From the NCBI GenBank assembly GCA_002269645.1, contig NIVC01000788.1:124001-188000 (forward strand): a DNA stretch of 64,000 nt. Reading direction: 5' to 3'. A model generated the notes under the pieces. It had not been told where the DNA came from. It did no database searches and saw nothing but the letters and a program-made list of their open reading frames with translations. The stretch is from Macrostomum lignano (taxonomy: Eukaryota). The position numbers and the translations under genes were made by a program. Shown in pieces: positions 13,301 to 25,483 of the stretch (positions are counted from its first letter, which is position 1; the number at the start of each line of letters is the position of its first letter).

Positions 13301-14776
13301 TCGGAACTGGGTAGCTTAGCCTTGATGGGTGTCTCCAGGGTGGCAACCATCAGAACATTGGTAACTGGCTCAGTCATTGCTACTGCTGACACTGAATTTG
13401 TTTTATTGAATAAGCTAAAGCTAATTTAAAAGATAGACAGAAAACGATTGCACTGAAAAGTGGTTATAGTGAACTATTAAATTAATCAAATGATGCAGGC
13501 AAGCTGTAAATAAAGGTAGAGTCAATTGCTGAATTGGGGCATGGCCTTTTCAAACATGAAAGTACATGATTTAGTAAATACTACTTAGTAAAGCGCAAAT
13601 CCATTTGTCAAATAGACTACAAAAAAGCTTTTGAATGACTTCAACAAAAAGATAATACATTAAGATTGACAGGAGCTACATAGATTTTTAGACAGACAAT
13701 GATAGATTTTTAATTGGATGATTTTTAATTGACATCCAGAATGGTACTTTGGAGGACCCATTTTCAAAGAACAAATGGTCAGCCAATTGCATACTACTTA
13801 CAATAGGAAGTCAAAAGTCTTACTAATTATAGTATACAAGAATTACTTTGATATGAAAGTAATATGCTCGTTCAAATAAGGTAAATGGAAAATATACCAT
13901 GACAAAGCCAAAGAATGGTACTCTAGCAAATTTTTTCTTTACTTTTTTTGTCCTAATCCCTATATATCTGTACAAGTATATATAGAACAGTATATGTGTG
14001 CAAAAATATCTAAAAATATGGTGGTAACAAAAATATACAAAATAATACCTAAACACAAAAATTGGTTATGAAATAAAAAAGTTACAGACATTTTGCTGCA
14101 TATAACATGTTATTTGCTCAGAAATGACAGTTTTTAGTGTATTTGAGATATGAAAAAGCACCATTTTTGAGATGAAAAACTTACTTGCTTATTACTTGCT
14201 CAATTTTCAAAAGTTTGGTATCATTTCACTTATGCTATCCAAGGCTACAACATGGCATGGTTAAAAAAGGATTAAAAAAATTCTCACTGGACACCCTAAC
14301 CTTGTTTTATGATAATTTAAATAATAGAAATAGGCCTGCATGTAAATAATTCTGAACCAAAGGTAAAGTGGTTTTAGTGTATCATGTTGTCTTGTTGACT
14401 TTTAAACTATTTGCATATAATATTGCAACAGTATACTTTGACCACTATATGACAGCTTCCAATTCAACTCTGTTCATTGTCTACAAAGATCTGTGGATAA
14501 AGACATGAATTAGTATATTAGCTATTATAGTCCTAGCCTTACCCCTTACCTTTAGCTTTGGTTTATGATCATTTAATGGTAGAAATACTTGTAAATGATT
14601 GTAAACTAAAGGTAATATGTATCCACATAGAGTTAGCACTACAGTAGGCTTATGTAATAAAAAATTATGGGCCCTTTGTCCTTATATGATTTTTTATTTG
14701 TAAATAACAATAGCTATATAATCAGTTGCTGTAGAATATTTAGGATAGTTGTTCCAGTCTAAAACAAATCACTAGT

Positions 14777-15048
14777 CATACCTGCGCAACTGCTAGCTGA
14801 CCTGGCCGATCTGGTCACCATAAATTATGGTAGACCAGAGGTAAGTCACAAAAATGCCAACTTTAAAGAATACAAATGTATTACTAATTAGATGAAAGGC
14901 ATTTAGCCCTAATAAGACAGTCATAGTTACTTCTGTCGTTTACCCAAAATTGCATTAATTTTTGCTTTAGGTTTCTTTAGGTAAGTCACATTTTGGTCAA
15001 AAAGTAAGTCGCATGGCCAGTGTGAATCAGGGGGGTTGCGCATGTATG
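14777..15048. mobile_element. 272-bp hAT-type MITE
   Basis: TIRs catacctgcgcaac / gttgcgcatgtatg; exact 8-bp TSD tcactagt at 14769-14776 and 15049-15056. Confidence 0.9.
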
Positions 15049-15469
15049 TCACTAGTTTTCTCTAGTACTTAGCCTAATACTTCTAAAAATATACACTATT
15101 ATAATAAATATATTTCTTTATCTTTTTCTAAACTATGCAGAAAATAGTCTTTTGGCTTCAATTCATCTTTGCTAATCATTCCCAGCTTTTCCTCCAGGCC
15201 CTTTAGTAGCTACTTATAAAAGTCACACTTTTTCCTTCATTTTTGATTTTTGGAAAGAGGGGTTTATTGTCAAGCTTAAATATACTAGCATGGAACTTAC
15301 ATACACCACTTGAACACAATATTCTGCTTTGCTGCAAAGTTCCATTTATAGTATCTGCAACAAGCATTCAGATCTGTTGTAATTTGTGTCGTAACCTGGG
15401 TCGGTTTGAGTGCCCAGTCACGAGTACAATATAGGTTATATGTAATATAACAGGGGCACCTCTGTCTGG

Positions 15470-15845
15470 CTTGCAATCTCGGAGCGCAACAAAAACAACA
15501 AAGGGCGTGGGCAAAACCCAGAGTCACGCAATAAATACCAACCAAACCCTGGGAGCCCACAAAACGAGCAAACTACAAAAAAGAGACTGGCCGCGCCTTC
15601 CAGCCAATCAAAACCCCGCCAAGGGGGGGGGCCGCACCCGCGCCAAAGCCGGCCCGGCCGCAGCCAACCAGCCCAGAGCATGGGGCAGGGGCACAGCTGG
15701 GGAGGGGCACAGCTGGGGAGGGGCACGCGCAAAGCCCTGCCGCCGGCCAGACCCTGCCACGCCCGCCAACCCCCCTAAGCCAGCCCCAAAGTGCAACGCG
15801 CCCTTCCAACCGACAAGGGCGCATGCATTAAACGACAAACCCACA
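15470..15845. repeat. GC-rich dispersed module, copy 3
   Basis: Collinear motif similarity to 12250-12662; GC-rich island in AT-rich flanks. Confidence 0.5.
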
Positions 15846-16077
15846 GAAATATATGAAAGAATATTTAGTTTTTATTTTTTTGTTTTTTTGCTTCCAAAAT
15901 TATAAAAACTTACTTTGTATTACTGAAGTGAAGCACTGCTTAGAATACTTGAGTATAACAAGATTTGAGCTAGCTAAATCAATGTTACACATACTTGACT
16001 AATAGAAATTAAATCTGAAGTGTCTACTAGCAAAACTATATAATATACCTAAGGTGTTCACTTGTTTTCTCTTTTAG

Positions 16078-16122
16078 ATTGCTGGAATCAATGGACCAAC
16101 CTATGAAGAGTTCTTCAAAGAG
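16078..16122 (+). CDS. EPS15: EPS15-like, first recognisable coding exon (IAGINGPTYEEFFKE); start-codon exon not located
   Basis: ttttag acceptor, gtatg donor, phase 0/0; matches the start of EH domain 1. Confidence 0.75.
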
Positions 16123-16384
16123 GTATGAATGATTAATTCCCACATTTTCCATATTGATTAGGCTTTGTTTGGGGCAAATTATTTTATTGAATAGAGTTAA
16201 GTTGAAAGACATTCAATATCATTTCTATTAGAATGAATATTCCTTCTGATTTATGTTAGGCACAAATGTTTGAACTTGTTGGTATGTAGGACACGGGCAT
16301 TATTTGTTTGGATGAGATGAGAGATGAGAAAAGAAAGCTGAGAAGAGTACAAACCTTGAACAGGCCGATTGCTACTGTGGTGTG

Positions 16385-16643
16385 CATACATGCGCAACCC
16401 CCTGATTTACACTGGCCATGCGACTTACTTTTTGACCAAAAGTGCGACTTACCTAAGAAAAAACTGGGAAGAAAATTAACACAATTTTGGGTAAACGGCA
16501 GGAGTAACTATGACTGTCTTGTTAAACCTAAATGCCTCGTCATCAAATTAGTACGACGTGTCTTTGGGTTCGCATTTTAGCGACTTACCCCTGGTCCACC
16601 ACAATTTACGGTGGCCAAATCGGCCAGCAGTTGCGCATGTATG
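16385..16643. mobile_element. 259-bp hAT-type MITE of the same family as 14777-15048, opposite orientation, inside an EPS15 intron
   Basis: TIRs catacatgcgcaac / gttgcgcatgtatg; exact 8-bp TSD gtggtgtg at 16377-16384 and 16644-16651; body is the reverse complement of the first copy. Confidence 0.9.
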
Positions 16644-16790
16644 GTGGTGTGTCAAAGGATCCGAGGGCCAGATAAAGGGGCTTTGCAAGTCGGGAGTTTT
16701 TTGCCGACCCCTTTTAATAATTAGCTCGTAAGTACATAGAAAGTGACAGAAGTGTACAGTAGCCAATGATATTCACCGCATCGGCTGCAG

Positions 16791-17507
16791 CTCAGCACAG
16801 ATGGCAGCGGCTGCGTCTCCGCCCAGGCTGCGGCCGCTTTTCTCAAGCGCTCCGGCCTGTCCGATTCGCTGCTATCAAAAATCTGGGAGGTGGCCGACTT
16901 TGAGAAGCGCGGCCTGCTTGATAAGCAGGGCTTTTTCATTGCACTGAAGCTTATCGCACTGGTGCAGGCTGGCAAGGAGCCGCTGGTTGGCAACCTTACT
17001 GTGCCCGTGTCTAGCCCAGCCATCAAGCCCGCCACCCCTCAGCCGGCCGCTTCTGTTGCGTCCGCTGTCGTTGATCGCACCGCCGCCGTCTCATCCGCTC
17101 CAGACGCAATTGTAGCGGCTGGGTCTCCAGCCAAAGTGCCAGTCTCTGTTATAGCCGCAGCTTCTTCGTCATCGTTAAGCTTGTCATCGACAACATCGAC
17201 AACTGCTGTCGTGTCTGTTGCCGGCAGCGGTGGCGGCGGCTTCAGCGAGCAGCTGATTCAGCAGGCTGACGCCGCATTCGCTAGCCTTGGCCCCGAGGCC
17301 GGGGATCGCCTCCCGGGAGCCAAGGTGAAGCCCTATCTGCTGCAGTCCGGCCTGCCTACCGCCACCCTCGTCTCCATCTGGGACGCCAGCGACGAGGACC
17401 GGGACGGCTGCTTGACGCGGCAGGAGTTTCGCAAAGCGTTCGCTCTTGTGCGCCAGGCTGTTGGCAGAGCTCTGGCTGCTAGGACTGCCGCTCAAGTGAT
17501 GGCGGAG
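16791..17507 (+). CDS. EPS15: EPS15-like exon: EH1, Ala/Ser linker, EH2
   Basis: LSTDGSGCVSAQAAAAFLKRSGLSDSLLSKIWEVAD..GLLDKQGFFIALKLI and SGLPTATLVSIWDASDEDRDGCLTRQEF; cag acceptor, gtgagt donor. Confidence 0.9.
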
Positions 17508-17599
17508 GTGAGTGACAGGTGGGAATGCCGGACTCGCTGAGGAACTGTTTCTGGACTTATTCCCCAGCTTAAGGATCTGGGAGCTTGAGAGCTTTAATG

Positions 17600-18260
17600 T
17601 CTGCTGAGGAACTGGGGGTTATGGGGAATGCTGAACAACTGGGGGTTGCGGGGAATGCTGAATGACTTGGGGTTGCGGGGAATGCTGAATGACTTGGGGT
17701 TGCGGGGAATGCTGAATGACTTGGGGTTGCGGGGAATGCTGAATGACTTGGGATTGCGGGGAATGCTGAATGACTTGGGGTTGCGGGGAATGCTGAATGA
17801 CTTGGGGTTGCGGGGAATGCTGAATGACTTGGGGTTGCGGGGAATGCTGAATGACTGGGGGTTGCGGGGAATGCTGAATGACTGGGGGTTGCGATGATTC
17901 TGACTAACTGGGGGTAGCGGGGAATTCTGAATGAAGGTGGCGGGCAATGCTGAGGAACTGGGGATTGCGGGGAATGCTGAATGACTGGGGGGTTGCGGGG
18001 AATGCTGAATGACTGGGGGTTGCGGGGAATGCTGAATGACTGGGGATTGCGGGGAATGCTGAATGACTGGGGGGTTGCGGGGAATGCTGAATGACTGGGG
18101 GATTGCGGGGAATGCTGAATGACTGGGGGGTTGCGGGGAATGCTGAATGACTGGGGGGTTGCGGGGAATGCTGAGGAAGTGGGGGTTGCAGGGAATGCTG
18201 AGGAACGGGGGGTTGTGGGGAATTCTGAATAACTCGGGGTAGCGGGGAACGCTGAGTAAC
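17600..18260. repeat. 27-bp minisatellite in an EPS15 intron
   Basis: (gaatgctgaatgacttggggttgcggg)n. Confidence 0.95.
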
Positions 18261-18350
18261 TGGGGTTTGGGACATTGTTTGCTCAGAATACTTTATCCTA
18301 CAACACAACCGAGTTCAGAGTGTTAAACTGAAATTGCCAAACAACCGCAG

Positions 18351-19709
18351 ATTGACACGGACAAAGACGGTATCGTGTCCGGCCAGGATGTCCGGCAGCT
18401 GTTTCTGCAGACCGGACTAGAGCCGGCCACCCTGGCCAGAATCTGGGACCAGGCGGACACTGGGCGCAGCGGCCGGCTCACTGCCGAGCAGTTTGGCTAC
18501 GCCTGGCGCATGGTGCAGGCCGAGATGGCCAGCGCTGACGCATCCGGTGGACTGGCTGCCGCTTCAGTCGGTGTCACGCCGTCCGCGTCGATTCCATCGG
18601 TGCCGCAGCTCTCTGACGGCATTCTAGCGGAGGCTGGCCGAGTTCAACAGCGTCGCCAACAGGCTGAGGCCGACTGCACCCGTCTGGAGGCCGAGCTGCG
18701 GGCCCGCCGAGCCGAACTGCAGCTGCAGCAGCGGGAGGCGGATCACCTGGCCTCCGCCTGTCTGCAATTGGAGCAGCAGAAGTGCGAGGCCCAGCGCCGA
18801 GTCGAAGAGGTCGAGGAGCGCGAACGCAAACTGGCCGGCAGCGTTGACGAGTGCGAGCAGCGCCGGTCCGAGGAGGCCGCCCAGTTGGAGGCGCTCAAGG
18901 CGCGCCTAGCGCAGGACCAGGCCGGGGTTCGTGGTGCCGCCCAGGAGACGGAGCGGCTGCGCAAGGAGCTGACCTCGCTGACGCAGGAGGAGGCCCGGCT
19001 ATCCGACTCTGCCCAGGGTGCCAAGAGCCGCTTAGCCGGTTTGGAGCGCGAGCTGGAAGCGGAGAACCGGCGCCTGGAGCAGGAGGCGGCTACGCTTAGC
19101 GCGCTGCAGCAACAGCTGGCGGACCTGGAGGCCGGCCGGCTGGCGCCAGACGATGTTGAAGCCGCCCCCGCTGCCGCCGCTCCCAGCGCCATTGCCGCCC
19201 CTGCCGCTAGCGACCCGTTCGCTGGAGGCGCAGCTGTGGACGATCCGTTCGGCGGTGGCGCCGACCCGTTCCAGGATGCCGCTGTTGGTGGCAGCGGCGA
19301 AGGCGGCGCCGATTTCTTTGCCGACGATCCGTTCTCGGTGAAGCCGCAGTCCGGGGCGGCGCCGGTTGCCAGTCAGGACGATCCGTTCCGCTTTGACGCG
19401 GCCTTCGGTGGCCCGTCAGATTTCGCTGACGCATTTGGTGGAGGCGGCGGAGCTGCCGCGGCCTCGGCGCCGCCAGCCAACGACCCGTTCGGCGGCGGCG
19501 AAGGCGGCGGTTTCTCCTGGCACATTGGCGACCCGTTCGCGCCTCCGAAGTCGTCTGGCCAGCAGATGCCGCCCGCGCTCAGCGAGCAGGAGCAGGTGGT
19601 CTGGGCGACGGCGGAGAGCGAGCGAGTTGCTAAGCAACAGATGAGTCTCCAGCAGCGAGAAGAAGAAGAGATGCAGCGGGCGTTGCGGTTAAGCATGCAC
19701 GAGCAATAA
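18351..19709 (+). CDS. EPS15: EPS15-like last exon: EH3, coiled coil, DPF repeats, UIMs
   Basis: IDTDKDGIVSGQDVRQLFLQTGL..LARIWDQAD; heptad region; multiple DPF motifs; EEEEMQRALRLSM (UIM); TAA stop. Confidence 0.92.
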   Translation: MDTDKDGIVSGQDVRQLFLQTGLEPATLARIWDQADTGRSGRLTAEQFGYAWRMVQAEMASADASGGLAAASVGVTPSASIPSVPQLSDGILAEAGRVQQRRQQAEADCTRLEAELRARRAELQLQQREADHLASACLQLEQQKCEAQRRVEEVEERERKLAGSVDECEQRRSEEAAQLEALKARLAQDQAGVRGAAQETERLRKELTSLTQEEARLSDSAQGAKSRLAGLERELEAENRRLEQEAATLSALQQQLADLEAGRLAPDDVEAAPAAAAPSAIAAPAASDPFAGGAAVDDPFGGGADPFQDAAVGGSGEGGADFFADDPFSVKPQSGAAPVASQDDPFRFDAAFGGPSDFADAFGGGGGAAAASAPPANDPFGGGEGGGFSWHIGDPFAPPKSSGQQMPPALSEQEQVVWATAESERVAKQQMSLQQREEEEMQRALRLSMHEQ

Positions 19710-21890
19710 TAGGCCTCTGCGGAGCAATTGCTATTAGTTATATTTACTCTGCTGATCCGGTATTCAGAGTTTGTATTCTAGTTCATTTCATATTGAAGGT
19801 TAACAATTAGAACTATTATTGATGGGGTTCGCTCCATTTGATAATTATTTTATAAAACGTACATTACTAACGTGAATGTACGAATTCACCTACGATTGAT
19901 CGAATAATTTATTGCTGTATTCACTGGAAATTTAGTTTAATGAAATGCTATTGAATGATCAATACGTGTTTTTTCGCCAATTTAATACTCGTAATTTTCC
20001 TATTGGCATGTAGGCAATTTCATAAATCTGCTTTGAACTGGCTTGCAAACTCATTTTGTTGATTGATTTATAGCTCCAAGAACAATCGTTTACCTGTGTA
20101 TGTTTGCAATACATGCAGTTGATTACTCGTTAATAAATAAATTATTGCTGCTAAATTTTCTGAATTGTTTATGCCACAGAATCCAATGATTTCCTGCAGG
20201 GTTTTTTCTAGAGAATTTGTCTTTTTGGTTCGTATAAATTGTTTATTTGTTAACAAGACTGTAATTAGTTGGAAAAGTGTAACTGCACAGCCCCGGAGCT
20301 TTGATGTGCAGCAGCACGCAAGCATCATCCAGATGCCGCGACCACCTGGACACCATTTGTAGTTTTAGTTGATGAAGAAGGATCGGTCATGGCTCTTTAA
20401 GATTGTGCCCTCTGATAGAGAAATACGTAGTTGAACCCAATGCGGGTCTACAAGGGTAGCTGGACTTCACCCAGAACCAGTTCGACTTGCGCCAACCAGG
20501 TGTGATCTCGGCAAAAGATATGTTGGTCACTTTGCTCTGCTGTAAGTCGCTCTGCGCCAGCCCCTTTGTCGCACGGACACGCGGTATACTTGCATCTGTT
20601 TGGCTCTTGTGGTGGGAATTAGCTTGAAGTCTCAAACGTCTGACAGATGCCTCACAACCACAGCCGTAGTTGGGCTCGTGAACTACATGTAGGTTGCTAT
20701 TCACCCTGAACTTGTCCTGGCATTTTTCAATCCACTTATCTCTTTTGTAAGTCACCTGGCTACTGCGTACACAGTTGTACGCGATGGCATTGTTACGATG
20801 GCCAGGATGCTCTGTTTGAGAGAATCGTTTGCTCCATAGATGTCTGGTGGCTTTTTACTTGCCTGGCGGTTGCTCTTGTTAGAACACAAACCCACGATTT
20901 TCCAGTTATTTAGTCGCTTTTATTTCTGAAATTGGTAGGAAAATTTATAATTCAACACAATAAACAGTTTTTTTAATACTCGAGTTTCATTCTCTATAGA
21001 CTAGAAGCTATATCGTTCTGAGCGCTAACTAGTGTCACGTCGACAGGAAAGGCCATATACGAGTACAACTGATGTTTGAGGTTTTTTATAATATCTGCTG
21101 CACAGCATTCGCAAATTAGCGGCGACCTTGCCGGTCTTGATCCAGCCTGTATATGCAAGCAAGAACTACTTAAGTAGTCCTTGTATGCAAGTCTGAAAAT
21201 TCGAGCTGGGATTGGAGTCCCTATTAAATGAGGACGATTATATCCGCTTGAGTTAGTTTGCAAAAATAGCAAAGACATTTATTTATATTATGTATTTAAC
21301 TATTTTGTAACTTATTTGGATAGGTATGTTGAATCAGACTTTGCGGACTTCAAAATTGCACAGAGGAACTCAGAGCAAAAACTTTTCGGGTTTAATTGGC
21401 GAGAGAAAAATTAGCATTGAAAATATTGCGTCAAGGAATATTGAACAGGGGAAGGCGCAGCAGCAGCAGAAGGCTCTGTCGCGGGCGTATTTGATTTCTA
21501 AAATATCGTTAAGAACATTTTTCTATCTCCCAGTCCCAGAAGACCGGCCCAGGCTTGCCAAGAATCAAAACTTCAGGCCTGAGTGGTAAAAAATCGATAA
21601 TATTGATCGCACAAATCATTGATTTATTATCAGAGGATGTCAGACTGTCACTGACTTTTGCAGGGGGGAGATGAGAGAGACCGTTACAACAGCAAAATCT
21701 GGTGAGTCTGCGACAATCGAGTGCTCAGGGATTATAAACAAGCGATATTATGAGTTCGAATCGATAATACTGGGGAATAAACACAGACAGACAGACACGT
21801 TCCATGGCCGTCAGCAGCAGCTGCCGCCATCAAGGTGAACGATAGAATTAATCGTTAGAAAATCCTAAGAACACCGTCACCAGTTAGTCA

Positions 21891-22061
21891 TTAGCACTGA
21901 TTCACTGTGCCATTGATCTTCGGGCAGTACTTGTGAACCTCGCTGTTCAAGAAGCGCTTCCTCTCCGATGTCTTGTTGAATGAGTTCAACAGGAAGCTGG
22001 TGACCTTCAGGAACAGATGCTTCTGAGCGCCGCGCATGCTGTGATCCTCATCTGGATACGT
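21891..22061 (-). CDS. DPP4/DPP10-like S9B peptidase, last exon (catalytic His: TYPDEDHSM)
   Basis: cag acceptor; TYPDEDHSMRGAQKHLFLKVTSFL...NQC*. Confidence 0.9.
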   Translation of the reverse strand, partial: TYPDEDHSMRGAQKHLFLKVTSFLLNSFNKTSERKRFLNSEVHKYCPKINGTVNQC

Positions 22062-22235
22062 CTGCAATCGTTTTCAGGGAATGTGCTAACGTTGCTACTA
22101 GTAGTAGGACATTGAGGAAAACTTTTTAAAATAGTGAAATGTGGCTTATGTAACAGTTTAAAAATTATAGCCATCGTATACCTATAGATATTTCCTGTGT
22201 CCCCTACAATACCATTGGTTCAAAAGTCTCCTTAC

Positions 22236-22309
22236 CGCGAATTCAAAATTCACTTTCTGCTCAACCAGCACTTTGACGAATTGGGCGCTGTTTTGATAGT
22301 GCACATTGT
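22236..22309 (-). CDS. DPP exon (D)NVHYQNSAQFVKVLVEQKVNFEFA (completes the DDNVH catalytic-Asp motif)
   Basis: ttgcag acceptor, gtaagg donor; phases match neighbours. Confidence 0.9.
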
Positions 22310-22371
22310 CTGCAAGAGGAAAGAGCGATGATAGAAAAGTGTATTGCATGAAGACTGGTGCGTAAGCGAGT

Positions 22372-22840
22372 GTTGCATCAGTGAGTGCTGCATCAGTGAG
22401 TGTTGCATCAGTGAGTGTTGCATCAGTGAGTGTTGCATCAGTGAGTGCTGCATCAGTGAGTGTTGCATCAGTGAGTGCTGCATCAGTGAGTGTTGCATCA
22501 GTGAGTGTTGCATCAGTGAGTGCTGCATCAGTGAGTGTTGCATCAGTGAGTGTTGCATCAGTGAGTGCTGCATCAGAGTATTTCATCAGAGCGTTGTATC
22601 AGTGAGTGTTATATCAGAGTGTTGCACCAGTGAGTGCTGCATCAAAGTGTTATATCAGCGTGTTGCATCAGAGTGTTGTGTCACAGAGTTGCATAAGAGT
22701 GTTGTATCAGTGAGTGTTGCATCAGAGTGTTGCATCAGAGTGTTGCATCAGAGTGTTGTGTCACAGAGTTGCATAAGAGTGTTGTATCAGTGAGTGTTGC
22801 ATCAGAGTGTTGCATCAGCGTGTTGCATCAGCGTGTTGCA
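22372..22840. repeat. 15-bp minisatellite (intronic)
   Basis: (cagtgagtgttgcat)n decaying 3'. Confidence 0.95.
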
Positions 22841-22886
22841 TCAAAGTGTTGCCTGAGTACTTATCGATTAGTATTGCATGACTCAC

Positions 22887-22959
22887 CATCTCCTGTGCCG
22901 TGGGCCAGCAGCAGGTCTTTGTTCCAGAAATTTGGTGCCAGTCGCGAAACGTTCGTTCG
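22887..22959 (-). CDS. DPP exon RTNVSRLAPNFWNKDLLLAHGTGD
   Basis: LLxHGTxD motif, gtgagt donor. Confidence 0.88.
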
Positions 22960-23054
22960 CTTATAAAAATGTTGAGGTTTTTTATTAAACAATACACGTA
23001 TAATTCTTACGTTACTGCAAAAAAATTTCATAAGTCTTCATCCATTCCACAAAC

Positions 23055-23116
23055 CTTGTAATTTTCAGATGTTTCATCTGACTTCACTCCCAGGTATCTC
23101 TCTGTGTAGCCGGTGT
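23055..23116 (-). CDS. DPP exon (N)TGYTERYLGVKSDETSENYK
   Basis: YTERYxG motif; cag / gtttgt sites. Confidence 0.9.
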
Positions 23117-23529
23117 CTGAGGGGTTATAAATCAGCAAATTTGTTTTATTTTGAAAGTTTCTCAAGTCACCTGTAATAAAAGTGAAGCTTATTTAAAATT
23201 TTTTTTCTGAGTAGCTCGTAAAATCATTCCTAGTTCTCCTATCCCGCCTAGGGTCGTAGGTCAGCTTCGATCTGCCTGGAGCAAATCTTGTTAAAAAATT
23301 CCTGCCAACTCAAGAATGATGAAGAGGCCTCGGTTGAAAACGGAATTTACTTCTACTTGAGATGGCCAAGACGGGAGCCGGGCACATTTGAGGCTGAGCT
23401 GCGGCCGGAGAGGCCACTCCCGCGTCTAGGAGAGCCCTCTGCTTGCATGAGGTGAGCCAAGAGTCTTCGCGTCGGCGAGCTGAATGTATTGGCGCGCGAA
23501 TGTACACCTAATTGGGTTCGTGTCCTACA

Positions 23530-23705
23530 AAAGTGCAGGGGCAGAGTAAGGCTCCGACTCTCGCGCAAAAGTCACTGGGTTCGACTCCGTGCGTGGTCAC
23601 ATTAACTATGGGATAGCGATTGTCGCTATGATTTGCTCGCTGGCTGTGGGTCCCAAAAGCCGCTTGCAAACTAGCAAGCCTACATAAAGAGTAAAAGTGC
23701 TTTTT
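23530..23705 (+). mobile_element. Degenerate tRNA-derived SINE fragment
   Basis: B-box gggttcgactcc preceded by a remnant head resembling the 44460-44660 SINE; T-run downstream. Confidence 0.4.
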
Positions 23706-24167
23706 TTGTTATTTCTGTTTTAACAGAAAAATTGTAGATCAGAACGACGTTAAAAAAACTAGGAATCTATACCTCGTAAACCTGTAAGTGACTTCATTCA
23801 GCAGCGAGGACACCCAAGGAGTTGCAGCTGCGGTTGAGTCGGTGCTCAAATTTCAACACGATTCTCCCGCCTCGCTGCTCGGATTTCTGAGTCTACGCGG
23901 ATCCCACTATGGTTAGCGTCTCATTTCTGGGCCCAGGCCGGCGGCTATCGCCCTTAGCAGAATACCATATTTGCAATGCAAATTTCTGCATAATGTCAGC
24001 ACTGTTCCAGTTGGGGGGCATTGTTTCACTCGGATCTGGGGCAGGAACCACAGCCAGATTTGAATAATACTGCAAAGTCTCCTGGTGCCGATGCTAGTAA
24101 ATGCCCATATTTAACTGACAATGATGTCAGGATGATCCAGATATCAGGAGTGGCACATATTGACAAC

Positions 24168-25448
24168 TGTGCTCATGATTAACCACTGACACCTGTGCTC
24201 ATTCATGATTAATCACTGACAACTGTGCTCATTCATGATTAACCACTGACACCTGTGCTCATTCATGATTAACCCACTGACACCTGTGCTCATTCATGAT
24301 TAACCACTGGAAACTGTGCTCATTCATGATTAACCACTGGAAACTGTGCTCATGATTAACCCCCTGACACCTGTGCTCATTCATGATTAACCACTGACAC
24401 CTGTGCTCATTCATGATTAACCCACTGACACCTGTGCTCATTCATGATTAACCACTGACACCTGTGCTCATTCATGATTAACCACTGACACCTGTGCTCA
24501 TTCATGATTAACCACTGACACCTGTGCTCATTCATGATTAACCACTGACACCTGTGCTCATTCATGATTAACCACTGACACCTGTGCTCATTCATGATTA
24601 ACCACTGACACCTGTGCTCATTCATGATTAACCACTGACACCTGTGCTCATTCATGATTAACCACTGACACCTGTGCTCATTCATGATTAACCACTGACA
24701 CCTGTGCTCATTCATGATTAACCACTGACACCTGTGCTCATTCATGATTAACCACTGACACCTGTGCTCATTCATGATTAACCACTGGAAACTGTGCTCA
24801 TTCATGATTAACCACTGGAAACTGTGCTCATGATTAACCCCCTGACAACTGTGCTCATTCATGATTAACCACTGACACCTGTGCTCATTCATGATTAACC
24901 CACTGACACCTGTGCTCATTCATGATTAACCACTGACACCTGTGCTCATTCATGATTAACCACTGACACCTGTGCTCATTCATGATTAACCACTGACACC
25001 TGTGCTCATTCATGATTAACCACTGACACCTGTGCTCATTCATGATTAACCACTGACACCTGTGCTCATTCATGATTAACCACTGACACCTGTGCTCATT
25101 CATGATTAACCACTGACACCTGTGCTCATTCATGATTAACCACTGACACCTGTGCTCATTCATGATTAACCACTGACACCTGTGCTCATTCATGATTAAC
25201 CACTGACACCTGTGCTCATTCATGATTAACCACTGACACCTGTGCTCATTCATGATTAACCACTGACACCTGTGCTCATTCATGATTAACCACTGGAAAC
25301 TGTGCTCATTCATGATTAACCCACTGACACCTGTGCTCATTCATGATTAACCACTGACAACTGTGCTCATGATTATTCACTGACAACTGTGCTCATGATT
25401 ATTCACTGACAACTGTGCTCATGATTATTCACTGACAACTGTGCTCAT
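24168..25448. repeat. 30-bp minisatellite (intronic)
   Basis: (aaccactgacacctgtgctcattcatgatt)n, highly homogeneous. Confidence 0.97.
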
Positions 25449-25483
25449 AATCACAGCAGACAGCGCAGCAATCAGGCACGCAC

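Noticed and set aside
13336-14298. cagggtggcaa / tggacacccta as TIRs of an hAT element
   Set aside because: Only 8/11 match and the flanking 8-mers differ (no TSD); the termini of the transposase element remain undefined
20387-20755. 122-aa minus-strand ORF between EPS15 and DPP as a gene
   Set aside because: No ATG start, no recognisable motif, and no supporting exon chain
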